NCBI GenBank assembly: GCA_025594325.1
Contig: JANHCV010000016.1
Location: 124,001-188,000, forward strand
DNA from: Blastocladiella emersonii ATCC 22665
Taxonomy: Eukaryota; Fungi; Blastocladiomycota
Length of the DNA: 64,000 bases
Reading direction: 5' to 3'
In this document: in pieces, positions 42,080-52,581 of the stretch
How positions within the stretch are numbered: position 1 is the first letter of the stretch
How the letters are laid out: each line of letters opens with the position of its first letter
The notes under the pieces: model-generated
Told to the model about the DNA's origin: nothing
Seen by the model: the letters and a program-made list of their open reading frames with translations, nothing else
Database searches by the model: none
Translations under genes and position numbers: made by a program

Positions 42080-42877
42080 CTAAGCGGCCAGGCTCGCGAG
42101 GTACGCCTCCCATCCGGCGGCCTGGTAGCGCTTGGCCTCGGCGACGGGGTCGCGGCCGGGCTTGTAGATGCCGCGGCCGACGATGATCACGTCGCACCCG
42201 GACTCGACGACCACCTCGTGCGGCGACCGGTACTGCTGGCCCATGGCGTCGCCCTTGTCGTCGAGCCCGACGCCGGGCGTGAGCACGAGGAAGTCGCGGG
42301 ACGCGGGCAGGCGGCGCTGCGCGATGAACCCGACGCAGAACTGCGGGTTGCGCTCGGCCATGGCCACGGCCTGCGCCGTGTACTGGTCCGTGAACAGCGA
42401 CCCGGCGCTCGACATCTGCGCGAGCAGCAGCAGGGCGCGGCCGCGCGGCACGCCCTCGGCGGCGAGCCCCGTCACGATGCCCTCGCCCGGCAGCGGGTGC
42501 GCGTTGGTGAAGTGCGCCCACTCGGCGATGCGGTGCACGCCCGCCGCGTACTGCAGCTTGACCGTGTTGCCGATGTCGGCAAACTTGCGGTCCTCGAACA
42601 GCACGAACCGGTGCTTGGCCGCCAGCGCCGCCAGCGCGTCCACGAACGCCGCCGAAAAGTCCTCGATGATGTCGACGTGCGTCTTGAGCATCGCAATGTG
42701 CGGCCCGACCGCGTCCGCCAGCGCCAGCACCTCGGCCGCCTTGGTCAGGTCCGCCGACACGCACAGGTTCGACTGCTTGGCCACCATGGTGTCGAGCAGC
42801 TGCACCGCCGCCGCGTTGTGGGCAAAGTTGGCGCGGCGGGCCTCGTACGTGGAGCGCTTCATTGTGGTCGTCGACAT
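42080..42877 (-). CDS. URA3: Orotidine-5'-phosphate decarboxylase
   Basis: NLCVSAD, KTHVDII, FEDRKFADIGNTV, TPGVGL, IIVGRGIY; TATA-like box near 42980. Confidence 0.97.
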   Translation of the reverse strand: MSTTTMKRSTYEARRANFAHNAAAVQLLDTMVAKQSNLCVSADLTKAAEVLALADAVGPHIAMLKTHVDIIEDFSAAFVDALAALAAKHRFVLFEDRKFADIGNTVKLQYAAGVHRIAEWAHFTNAHPLPGEGIVTGLAAEGVPRGRALLLLAQMSSAGSLFTDQYTAQAVAMAERNPQFCVGFIAQRRLPASRDFLVLTPGVGLDDKGDAMGQQYRSPHEVVVESGCDVIIVGRGIYKPGRDPVAEAKRYQAAGWEAYLASLAA

Positions 42878-43186
42878 GGTGGTGAGGGGGGTTGCTGCTG
42901 CCCAGTCACTCGATCGATCGGTCGTCGGGTCACTGAGAGAGACTGGACCACGGGCGGGTCGGCGGGGCCGCGCTGCTCTTTATAGTCGCGGATCATCACA
43001 GCGTGGAGACAGCGGAGACGGGCAAGCCCGGCAGCCGTTTCGGAGCGACCCGGCCGCCTGCCACGCCCATCACCAGCCCTTGCCGGCCGTCGTCGTCTCG
43101 CTCCCGTCTTCCTCGTCGCCGCCGCTCACTCTCTCGCTCTCCCCTACCAACCACACCTCTCAAGAATGCGATCTGAACGAAGCTCC

Positions 43187-44554
43187 ATGTCATCAACCTC
43201 ACGCACGGCTCGACCGCGCCCTGCTGCTGCCGCCGCCAAGCCTGCCACGGGCTCCGCCGCCAAGCATGTTGCGGCCTCCACTGCCGCCGCGGCCGCGGCC
43301 GCGACTGCGGCCCCTGCCATCCACGGCCCCATCGTGCTCCGGTTGACGGACGAGCTGCGCGCCCGCTTCGAGACCATTGCCCTCGGCCTCTATGAGCAGG
43401 GTCGCGAGTCACTCATGCTGAAGCTCAGGCTCGACGAGAAGCCCGGCGAGTACCACGTATGCCCCACTCGCACTCGCACTCGCACTCGAATCGTCGGAGC
43501 TGCGTTCTCACCCGTTGCCACGGACCGTGTAGGCGCTGCAAATCGACACCTTGGGCTTCAAGCTCGCCAGCGTGCCGCCCAACCCGCCGCTCAGCGGCAC
43601 GCGCCTCGTCATGGGCCCGGCCGGCACCGCCGTCGCCGCCGGCTACACGTCGCTCGGCAAGGTCGCGCACGACTGGGAGGTCCTGAGCAAGTTCCGCTAC
43701 AAGTTCACGCCCCCGAGAAACGTCGCGCCGCCCGCTCCCGCACCCGTTCCTGCTCCCGCGCCGGCGCGCTCCTCGCCGCCCTCGCCGCCCGCGACGTCGG
43801 ACCCCGACCTCCCCGCCCCGCCCAAGAAGCGGAAACTCCGCAGCAGCGTGGTCGACGACGACGACGACGATGATGATACCCCCATGGTCGCGCCCTCGGC
43901 GCTCGAGCGCGACCAGCCCGTGCGGCGGGCTTCCGCTAACGGGAGCGCTGCGCTGCCACCGCCGGCTAAGCGGTCCAAGAGTACGTCTCTACCCATCGTG
44001 TCTCGTCCTCCCGCGCGCCCTCGCTCACTTTCGTCCCGATCGTAGAGGCCGCGCCCCAGCTCTCCGACTCGGACTCGTCGTCCTCGGTCCCACCACTACC
44101 GCCATCCGCGCCGCCAAAGACGACGCGCCGCACCCTCGCCGGGTCCGCGAAACCCGCCGTCACCTCGCCGCCCGAAAAACCCGCTCCTTCACGCGCATCC
44201 ACCTCCCCGCGCGCCCCCGCCCCCGCGCCCGGCTCCCTCGCCGACCTGCAGGTGCAGTTCGAGACCAAGTACGCCAAGTACACGGCGCTGCACAAGCAGC
44301 TGTCGTCGTCGGCCGACCGCGTCGACACGTTCCGCGCGCTCAAGGACCGCCTGGCGCGCGAGACCCCCGGCACGCCCGGCGAGGCCGCGGTGCTCGCCGA
44401 GATCCAGGCCAAGGTCATCCAGCTCAACGGGTGGGAGGTCCGCGACTGGGTTGCCGAGTTCCAGAGCCTCCACGCTGAGCTCGCCCAGCTCCGACGCACC
44501 ATTGTTCAGCAGTACCACGCCACGGGAGGCGCAGCGGGGGCAGGAGGGCAATAG
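43187..44554 (+). CDS. ELL-like protein with C-terminal occludin/ELL domain; introns 43457-43532 and 43981-44045
   Basis: Three exons join in frame; C-terminus YAKYTALHKQL...F.AL...L...FQSLHAELAQLRRTI matches the occludin/ELL pattern; Pro/Ser-rich middle. Confidence 0.6.
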
Positions 44555-44632
44555 CATGCGCGCCCGCGTAGTATACAAGTTATTGCTATCCCACAGTCTT
44601 CAGAATCGCGTGTGTGTATGTACAGATAGATC

Positions 44633-45253
44633 TCAGAAGCGCGTCGGCGGCGGCAGCGCCTTGTCATTGTCGACGAGCATCACCACCACGCTCAGCGCCG
44701 TGATCGCCGCCGCGTCGACCTGCTCGCGGACCTGGATCTCGAGCTCCAGCTTGTCCTCGCCGTACACGCGCGAGATCTGCGCCAACCGCGGCGCGTACGT
44801 CTGCCGGTCCATGGTGAGAATCATCGTCGCCTCCGCCGTGTGCGAGAACAGCAGGATCGTGGGCTCCACCGTCTCGACGTCGCGGCCCGAGTGCGTGTGC
44901 GTGACTTGGAACACGGGCGCCGGCTTCGCCGATGCCGCCTCGCCGAATGCGCCCTTGTACACCGAGTACACGTCGCCGTCGCGGCGGATGGTCGCGACGA
45001 CAGTCGACGTCGCCGCGTCGAGCACGAGGTACGCCGAGTCGGCCGGGCGCGCGTCGACGGTGAACAGTGTTGTGTCGGGCGACGCCGAGTAGCGCACCGT
45101 CGCGACCTCGGCCTCGCGGAGCCGCGTCGCCGTCGCGAGCGTCAGGACGACTGGCGCGGTCGTGCAGTACTGCGCGCCGAGGCGCACGATGGGGAAGCGC
45201 TTGCGCGCGTGCCAAACCGGGAAGAGGGTCGAAGACAGGTTGCCCAGTTTCAT
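44633..45253 (-). CDS. LURP-one/Tubby C-terminal-like protein
   Basis: PIVRLGAQYCTTAPVVLTL and IQVREQVDAAAITAL motifs. Confidence 0.75.
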   Translation of the reverse strand: MKLGNLSSTLFPVWHARKRFPIVRLGAQYCTTAPVVLTLATATRLREAEVATVRYSASPDTTLFTVDARPADSAYLVLDAATSTVVATIRRDGDVYSVYKGAFGEAASAKPAPVFQVTHTHSGRDVETVEPTILLFSHTAEATMILTMDRQTYAPRLAQISRVYGEDKLELEIQVREQVDAAAITALSVVVMLVDNDKALPPPTRF

Positions 45254-45466
45254 AAAATTACGTTCGTGAGAGGGGAGAGAGGGGGGGGGCGGTTCTCGCC
45301 ACTTCGCGCTTGAAGGGGAACCCAACCGCCGCCCTGCTGCGCCTCGAACCGCAAACCTCGGGCGGGTGCCCGAACAGGGGGCCTCTCATGCGACGACGGG
45401 CGGGATCAGGCCAGCCATCAGAGCCATCAGAGCTGCGCGTGTATTCCACACGACGACGTCCCACGC

Positions 45467-46078
45467 TCAACCGCTCGCCGCGCTCGCCGACTGCGCGTCT
45501 ATAATGATCTTGATCACGGCCCACACGGCCGCCATCGCCGCCGCGTCGACGCCGGCGGCAACCTCGATCGTGTGCGTGGTCTTGAAAGCGCCCGAGCTCG
45601 ACATCCGCGCGATGAGCGGCGCCGTCGTGCTCGCCACGTCGCCGAGGAACACGAATGCGTGCGAGAGCGAGCCGAACGCGACGGTCAGCGTGATCCCCGT
45701 GGTCGTCGCGACGTCGAGACCGCTGGACCGGTGGCGCTTGAGCGTCATGGCCGCAGGCGTCGTCGGGTCGTCCTTGCCGCCGCTCGTGCCCGAGTGCACT
45801 GTGAACTTGTTCATGGTCAGCCCGTGGCTACGAACCGACGCGACGACCGCGCCTAAGCTGTCGTGGATGGTGCGCTTGGAGGTCAGCGCGTGCGACTCGA
45901 TCGTGTATAGATGGCGGCCGTGGATCGAGACAAAGTAGGTGTTGCTCAGGATGTGCTTGGACGTGATGTCCAGGTTCTTTGCGACGTCGAGGCAGCCGTT
46001 CGGGTCGAGGACGACAATCGGGTGGTGCTGCTGCGAGGCGAGCGGCAGGTACTTGAACGCCGAGTTGGTGTTTCCCAT
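45467..46078 (-). CDS. LURP-one-like protein, MGNTNS paralog 1
   Basis: Shared family motifs (PLASQ, STTAPLIAR, EVAAGVDAAA); ATG at 46078. Confidence 0.8.
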   Translation of the reverse strand: MGNTNSAFKYLPLASQQHHPIVVLDPNGCLDVAKNLDITSKHILSNTYFVSIHGRHLYTIESHALTSKRTIHDSLGAVVASVRSHGLTMNKFTVHSGTSGGKDDPTTPAAMTLKRHRSSGLDVATTTGITLTVAFGSLSHAFVFLGDVASTTAPLIARMSSSGAFKTTHTIEVAAGVDAAAMAAVWAVIKIIIDAQSASAASG

Positions 46079-46389
46079 GGTGGTGGTTGATACGTTGACG
46101 GAGATCCATTCAAAAGCGAGAGCGGGGGGGGGGGGGGGAAGGGGGATCCGGCGAGGTTTTAAAGGTCGCGATGCGCCACACCCCACGCTGAGCGGTCAGT
46201 CCCGAGGCTGACGGGGTCCTCGCGATGGGTCCCTGCTGTACCGCTCCTGCTCCTCCCTTACGCGCAAGCGAGCGCTCGAATGATTTACTTTTGAGCACCG
46301 AGACGGCACAACTGTACAGCTTCAACAACTCGCGTGACGGCAAAATTGATCAAACTACAGGGCCCGTCCCGGACCCTTGATTGTTTTTA

Positions 46390-47031
46390 TTACGAAAACC
46401 CCACAACCTTTGTCGCGGCCGATGCAGACTTATGCATTGTCACATTTTTGACAACCGACTGCGTTGCAGCCCAGATCGCCACCACGGCCGTCGAGTCCAC
46501 GCCCGGCGCGACCCAGATCGAGTTGGTCGACTTGAACGCGCCCACGGTCTCGGACCGCGCAATCAGCGGCGCTGTCGTGCTGGCCACCTCGCCGAGGAAG
46601 ATGGCCGCGCGCGTCCAGCCGTACGCCACGTGCATCTTGATGCCCGACGCCGTCGTCACGTCGAGACCGTCTGGCCGGCGCGCGACGACCATGGCCACGG
46701 GCGCCGCGTGCTCTCCGGTCCCGCCGCCCGCCCCCGCGTACACCGTGTACTCGTGGTCGTCGATGCCCATCCAGTGGCCGCGCACCGTCGCGACGACCTT
46801 TCCCGCGGTGTCGCAGATCGTCCACTTCCCGACCACCGTGTGGGCGTGGATGGTGAAGTACGGGTGGCCGTTGATCGACACCGAGTACGACGAGATGTGG
46901 GCGAGCCTGGGCGCGATCACGATGTTGACAGGCGCGTCGAAGCACGTCGCGTTCGAGATGACGACGATGGGTTGATCCATCTGCGAGGCCAGCGGCAGCG
47001 CGTTGAACAGAGACGAGTAGGTGTTGCCCAT
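46390..47031 (-). CDS. LURP-one-like protein, MGNTYS paralog 2
   Basis: Same motifs; TATAAA near 47110. Confidence 0.8.
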   Translation of the reverse strand: MGNTYSSLFNALPLASQMDQPIVVISNATCFDAPVNIVIAPRLAHISSYSVSINGHPYFTIHAHTVVGKWTICDTAGKVVATVRGHWMGIDDHEYTVYAGAGGGTGEHAAPVAMVVARRPDGLDVTTASGIKMHVAYGWTRAAIFLGEVASTTAPLIARSETVGAFKSTNSIWVAPGVDSTAVVAIWAATQSVVKNVTMHKSASAATKVVGFS

Positions 47032-47236
47032 GGCGATGCGTTGATGCGTAGATGCGTTTGTTATCAGCGTGCGCTGGTGTTCAGTTGCAGGAGCGGAAGG
47101 GCCCCGGATTTATAGGCCGCCACTTTGTCCGCGTCTGCGGCGCCACGCGTTTGCAACACTGCGACGCTTAACGGTGCACCGGATGGCGGCGAGGGACGGG
47201 TGAGCAACGCGCGCGTCACCTCGTGTCGTCTCTAAT

Positions 47237-47259
47237 CACATGATTTCCTAACGCGTCTC
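47237..47259 (-). promoter_or_regulatory. Representative copy of the bipartite motif GAGACGCGT-N7-TCAYGTG; others at 8051, 17387, 28689, 30608, 48358, 50348, 51433, 51521, 52453, 53826
   Basis: cacatga-tttccta-acgcgtctc on +; all copies share the 7-nt spacer. Confidence 0.7.
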
Positions 47260-47421
47260 ACCCCTCTTGCCCGTTGCGGCCTTCCAGGCGAGCAGCACAC
47301 TTCCCTCATGCCGCAAAGTGACCACGTCGATCGAAGATTGCAATCGGCGACAGCTCGCCGACGCGTGATGAGAAAACGGGCTAAACTGCAGAGCCCACCG
47401 CGGACTCTTGACTGATGTATA

Positions 47422-48081
47422 TTACAAGACCTCCAGGACGTTTGTCACCAACTCGGCGGTCTGCTTCACAGCCTCGGCGGACGTGACCACCCCCTCGTGG
47501 TTGACAATCATCTGCGTCGCCGCCCAAATCGCAACCACGGCCGTCGAGTCCACCCCCGCGGCCACCCAGATCGAATCGGTCGCCTTGAACGTGCCCACGC
47601 TCTCGGAGCGCGCGATCAGCGGCGCCGTCGTGGTGGGCACGGCGCCGAGGACGATGGCCGCGTGCGTCCACCCGTGCACCACGCGCATCTTGAGCCCGGT
47701 CGCCGTCGTCACGTCGAGGCCGTCTGGCTGATACTTGATGACCATGGCCGCGGGCGTCATCGGGTCGTGTTTCCCGCCGCTCGCGCCCGCGTGGACCGCG
47801 TACCCGTAGTCGGTCGTGCTCGACCAGGTGCCGCGGACCGTCGCGACGACGTTGCCTGCCACGTCGCGGATCGTGCACTCCTCGGCGAACGTGCGCCCCT
47901 TGATGGTGAAGTACGGGTGGCCGTTGATCGACACGGCGTACGACATCTTGAGGCTGAGCTTGGGCGCGACGACGACGTTGACCGCCGCATCGAAGCACGT
48001 CGCGTTGGAGAGGACAACGACGGGCTGCGCCAGCTGCGAGGCCAGCGGCACGGCCTTGAACGACGAGTTGGTGTTGCCCAT
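47422..48081 (-). CDS. LURP-one-like protein, MGNTNS paralog 3
   Basis: Same motifs; promoter clearly homologous to that of paralog 2. Confidence 0.8.
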   Translation of the reverse strand: MGNTNSSFKAVPLASQLAQPVVVLSNATCFDAAVNVVVAPKLSLKMSYAVSINGHPYFTIKGRTFAEECTIRDVAGNVVATVRGTWSSTTDYGYAVHAGASGGKHDPMTPAAMVIKYQPDGLDVTTATGLKMRVVHGWTHAAIVLGAVPTTTAPLIARSESVGTFKATDSIWVAAGVDSTAVVAIWAATQMIVNHEGVVTSAEAVKQTAELVTNVLEVL

Positions 48082-49142
48082 GGCGATTGTCGATGCGTTG
48101 ATGCGTTCGTAGGCAGCGTGCGCTGGTGCTTCGTTGTTAAAGAGCAGGGCGAGGGAGCTGCGGGAAGGGCCCCCGGATTTATAGGCTACTCGCGCACGTC
48201 CTGCCCGTCTGCGCCCACGGCGCTCCTCATCGAGAAGCGGCGAGGCCTGACAGTGCACCCGTTGAGGGCAGACAGGGAGGGCGACGGCGATCGAGCAACG
48301 GGCGCGATGAGCCACGCGTGCGTCGGCGTTGCGTCACCCTTCGAGTTCTAGCCCGGTCACATGATTTCCAAACGCGTCTCACCCCTGTCTCACGCCCGAC
48401 TGAGCCCGCGTAAAACTCGTTCCTATTGTGTTGCCGACACGCTTTACTCGTGAGGTGGCGATTGCACCGAGTTGTGTTTGTGGAACGTCGCAATCTCGCC
48501 AGCGACGATGCGTTCGCCGCCGTCGTAAGGGGCGAGCTCGCCCTCGGCGTTGGGACAGCAAAGCGGCTCGCAGCTTGTTCTATCATCTACTTCATAAGCA
48601 CAAGGCTACCGCGGCCGCCGGAAGTCACCAACGGGCTTGTTGCTGTGACGTGGCTCGGCAGCGAGGTCGCTTTAGAAGCCGTGCTACATGTGCGAGCCTC
48701 CCAGCGCTGCAAGGCTCGCGGGTCGACCGAGCGCGGGGACGGCCCGGCCCCACTTTCGTCGACCGGTGTTGGGGGACCGAGGACCGAGAGGTACTGCAAG
48801 AGGTCTAGTACAGAATCTGCGCGACGAACGACGTGAGCACTCGAGCTCCGAACCGACGCTCCGATCGACTGTTACGTGTGATTCGTAGAACAGCAGACAG
48901 AGAGAGTTCAAGTACACGTGACCGCGTTGCGCCACAGTCACCGGACGCGTGCGACCCCGCCCGCGTCACGCGCGTCACGCGCACCGCGCCGATCTCCTTT
49001 GTCATCGCCGCGGACCGCCTCACCTCACCGAGCGACGCGTCGGCCCGCTCACATCGGACGACGCGCCTCCGCATCCCCTCTCTCTCTTGTTCCTTTGACC
49101 AGTTGCTAGTATTAGCCACCACATACAGCCTGTTGTCCTCTC

Positions 49143-49210
49143 GTGAACCTCCTCACCGTCTCCCCTTGTGAACCTCTTCACCGTCCCCTCTTGTGAACCT
49201 CTTCACCGCC
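49143..49210 (+). repeat. 25-bp tandem repeat, about 2.7 copies
   Basis: gtgaacctcttcaccgtcccctctt units at 49143, 49168 and 49193. Confidence 0.8.
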
Positions 49211-49549
49211 TCGATCTTCATCTCCGCCAAGATCGCACGTCCATCGTGCCGAGCTTCCTCCCAGCTGAGTACGCTTCAACTGAGAGAAGGCTCGGTTCGA
49301 GGCCCGCGGCCGAGTTGACGCGTCGCGCAGCGGTGACGAGGAGGGGGAACGCGTCCGAGTGGCGTCGCGTGACGCGATGGGAAACGCGTCGCGTGGGACG
49401 TGGCTTGACTTGAAACGTCTCGCGCTGAGCCACGCGGCACGACCATTCACCACACCGGCCAAGTCGGCGCGATAATCTGTCAAGAATTTCGCGGTCGAAG
49501 AACAAATTGAACCATGAAGTTTGTCACAGGTCACACAGGACTCGGCCGT

Positions 49550-50203
49550 TTATTCGGACGACGCCGTCGCGGCTGCTGCGGCCGTCGTCTCTGCGTTCGA
49601 CGCCGCACTCGCCCTCTCCGCGTCAAGTACCATCTCCATGACGGCCCACAGCGCCAGCACCGCCGCTGCGTCAATGCCGGCCGCTAACTCGACCGAGTAC
49701 GTGGTTTTGAAGGTGCCCGAGCTCGACACGCGCGTGATCAACGGGGCCGTCGTAGTCGCCTCGCTGCCGAGGAAGATGTACGCGCTTGACGAGCCAAACG
49801 CGACGGTCAGCGTGATTCCCGTGGCCGTGGAGACCTCGAGACCGGCGGAACAGCGCTTCACCGTCATGGCGGCGGGCGTCGCGGGGTCCCTTTTCCCGTC
49901 ACTCTCGCCTGCGTGGACCGTATACTGGTTCGAGAACACGCCGCAGCCGCGCACCGTCGCGATCACGCTGCCCGAGGGGTCGTGGATCGTGCACTTGGAG
50001 GCGAGCGAACGGAACTCAACGGTGAACAGCGCGTTGTCGTGGACGGTTACAAAGTAGGTCCCGCTGAGGACGCCTTTGGGAGTGATGGTCATCTTGGACG
50101 TGGACGCGGCGTCAGCGCGTGACTTGTCGCCCAAGATGGTCAACGGATGCTGTTCCTGCGAGGCCAGCGGGAGGTCCTTGAACTGCGACGTGGTGTTACC
50201 CAT
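49550..50203 (-). CDS. LURP-one-like protein, MGNTTS paralog 4
   Basis: Same motifs. Confidence 0.8.
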   Translation of the reverse strand: MGNTTSQFKDLPLASQEQHPLTILGDKSRADAASTSKMTITPKGVLSGTYFVTVHDNALFTVEFRSLASKCTIHDPSGSVIATVRGCGVFSNQYTVHAGESDGKRDPATPAAMTVKRCSAGLEVSTATGITLTVAFGSSSAYIFLGSEATTTAPLITRVSSSGTFKTTYSVELAAGIDAAAVLALWAVMEMVLDAERASAASNAETTAAAAATASSE

Positions 50204-50437
50204 GGTCGTTCTTTGTTACATAAGATGTGTGCCTTGGTTTTGAGAATTTAAGATCTAGGAGAGCTCATCCCGATCTTCGAGCTCCGCGTTGCGCCACAAC
50301 GACGCGTGGGAACTCCCGCAGCTGGGGTGTTCAAGCGACGTGATCATCACATGATATCCAAACGCGTCTCACAAGTGACCAAGCTCAACTGGTACAACAT
50401 TGAACTGCCGAGTCCATCACAGGCTTTCAGCATTGTA

Positions 50438-51079
50438 TCAAGTCGAAACCACCACGACCGCTGCGGATGTCGTCGCTGCCGTCGACGCCATGAGCGCCCC
50501 CTCATTGGCGATAATCATCTTCATCACAACCCACAGCGCTAGAACGGCAGCCGTATCCACGCCGGCGGCCACCTCGATCGTGTACGTGGTCTTGAGGGTA
50601 CCCGAGCTCGAAATACGCGCAATGAGGGGCGCCGTCGTGCTCGCCATGTCGCCGAGGAACACAAACGCTCGCGACGAGCCGAACGCGACGGTCATGGTGA
50701 TCCCCGTGGCCGTGGTCACCTCGAGGCCGCTCGACCGGCGCTTGACGGTCATGGCCGCGGGCGTCGCGGGATCCTTCTTCCCACCGCTCGTGCCAGAATG
50801 GACCGTGTACTTGGTCATGCCCGACCCACGGCCGCGCACCGATGCGATGGTTTGACCCGAGTTGTCGTGGATCGTGCACTTGGAAGCCAGCGCCCGCGCC
50901 TCCATGGTGAAGAGTTGCTGGTTGTTGACCGAGACAAAATACTTTTCGTTGATGACGCCCTTGGTGGTGACGGTCATGGTCGAGCACGCATCGAAGCACG
51001 ACTCGCGGGCGAGGATCGCAACGGCATGCTGCTCCGAGGCGAGCGGCAGGTTCTTGAAGCTGGAGAGTCCGTTGCCCAT
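50438..51079 (-). CDS. LURP-one-like protein, MGNGLS paralog 5
   Basis: Same motifs. Confidence 0.8.
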   Translation of the reverse strand: MGNGLSSFKNLPLASEQHAVAILARESCFDACSTMTVTTKGVINEKYFVSVNNQQLFTMEARALASKCTIHDNSGQTIASVRGRGSGMTKYTVHSGTSGGKKDPATPAAMTVKRRSSGLEVTTATGITMTVAFGSSRAFVFLGDMASTTAPLIARISSSGTLKTTYTIEVAAGVDTAAVLALWVVMKMIIANEGALMASTAATTSAAVVVVST

Positions 51080-51679
51080 GATTTCCGTTGACGTTGATGC
51101 GTTGCTCTGGTAATGCGTTGGTTACTGCGAGCGTTATCATCACTTCAGAGCGGCGGGAGGGCTCGGCCTTTGTCGGCCGCACGGGTCCGCAGGCCGTCGC
51201 GAATTGCGGGTCGAGTCGAGCGTTGAGGGAGGGGACGTGGCTGTGGGGTGCTTGCGAGTGCGCCCTCTTCGCAAACCATCGTCGCGGACCATTGACCCTT
51301 GAGCGGGGATCAGCGCACGTTCCACGCGGATTCTCGACAGTCCCTCGAGGGATATTTTTGGGAACGGAACCGCTTCCACGTCCTCGGGTGCTTCCATCGT
51401 CGCGTCAGGTGGCTGATCGCGTTCGTGGCCATCACATGATATTGAAACGCGTCTCGCGCGGCAGCTCACGGCCTCAACCTCGAATACCCTCGAGTTCTTG
51501 ACCGCTGCGTCTCGAGTGACCACACGATACCAAAACGCGCCTCGCGAGCAGCCAGGTGTGATGCTGCTCGTCATTCCGATCAACTTTATGCATTGAACAG
51601 GAGCAAGCGGGTGGAATAGACTTCAGGAACACGGATATACATTGAAACTCGAAATATTAGCGGACGAAAACCAAGACAA

Positions 51680-52303
51680 TCAGCGTGCATTCATGATGGC
51701 CGCGTTCATGATGAGCGTCGAGTCGCTGTCCGTGATCATCTTGATGACGACAAACAGCGCGGCCATGGCCGCCACGTCCACGCCTGGAGCGATCTCGACA
51801 TTCCACGTGATGGAGAAGTTGCCGTTCTGCGAGATTCGCGCAATGAGCGGCGCCGTCGTACTCGCCGTGTCGCCCAGGAAGATGTATCCGTAGCCCGAGC
51901 CGAACTTGACGGTCATCGTGGCGCCCTTAGAGGTCGTGATCTCGAGGTGGTTCGTGTGGCGCTTGATCGACATGGCCGCCGGCGACTTGGAGTCCATCAT
52001 CCCGCCGCCCTTACCGAGATGGACCGTGTACTTGCCCGTACTCGACCCGCGGATCGTTGCGACCGTCGATCCCGACCTGTCGAGGAGCGAGCACTTGACC
52101 GTAAGCGAGCGGTGTTCGGCGGTGAACAGCTGGCGGCCGAGCGCCGCGTCCTTGATGATGAGGTCCGTGGACAGCGAATGCTTGGTATCGATGGCCAGGG
52201 TGGTGAGTTGATCGCGGCAATGATGGGGGCCGAGCAGGTGGAACGGCGAGTGCGTCTGCGACGCGAGCGGCAAGTCTTTGAAGGTCGAGTTGGTGTTTCC
52301 CAT
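51680..52303 (-). CDS. LURP-one-like protein, MGNTNS paralog 6
   Basis: Same motifs; ATG at 52303. Confidence 0.8.
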   Translation of the reverse strand: MGNTNSTFKDLPLASQTHSPFHLLGPHHCRDQLTTLAIDTKHSLSTDLIIKDAALGRQLFTAEHRSLTVKCSLLDRSGSTVATIRGSSTGKYTVHLGKGGGMMDSKSPAAMSIKRHTNHLEITTSKGATMTVKFGSGYGYIFLGDTASTTAPLIARISQNGNFSITWNVEIAPGVDVAAMAALFVVIKMITDSDSTLIMNAAIMNAR

Positions 52304-52581
52304 GGCGATAACTGCTAGTCGATGGCGTTGAAGGAGAAGTAGCGTTCGGCGGCCAACGCTATATGTCGCCCGAGCTCTCTTTCCGTACACGTCGTTCGCC
52401 TCGCATTTCGCGCACCGCAATGAACAGCGGCATCGACGTGTGGATCAGGCCTCACCTGATTTCGCGACGCGTCGCGCCTCACCGTACTTTCGCTGGTTCG
52501 CTCTCAAGCCAAGCGTGACACGGAAACCAAAACTGTACATCAATAGCACTCAGAACAAGCTCATCGCAGCGGAAGTGCGGC

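Noticed and set aside
40114-42877. CYP, COQ4, URA3 and carrier genes as a biosynthetic gene cluster
   Set aside because: No backbone enzyme; neighbours are unrelated housekeeping genes.
46124-46145. G15 run (and G9 near 45281) as a G-quadruplex switch
   Set aside because: Simple homopolymers, error-prone in sequencing; no supporting pattern.
48400-49500. Short ORFs in the gap of the LURP array
   Set aside because: No host-like codon bias or recognisable domain; treated as intergenic.
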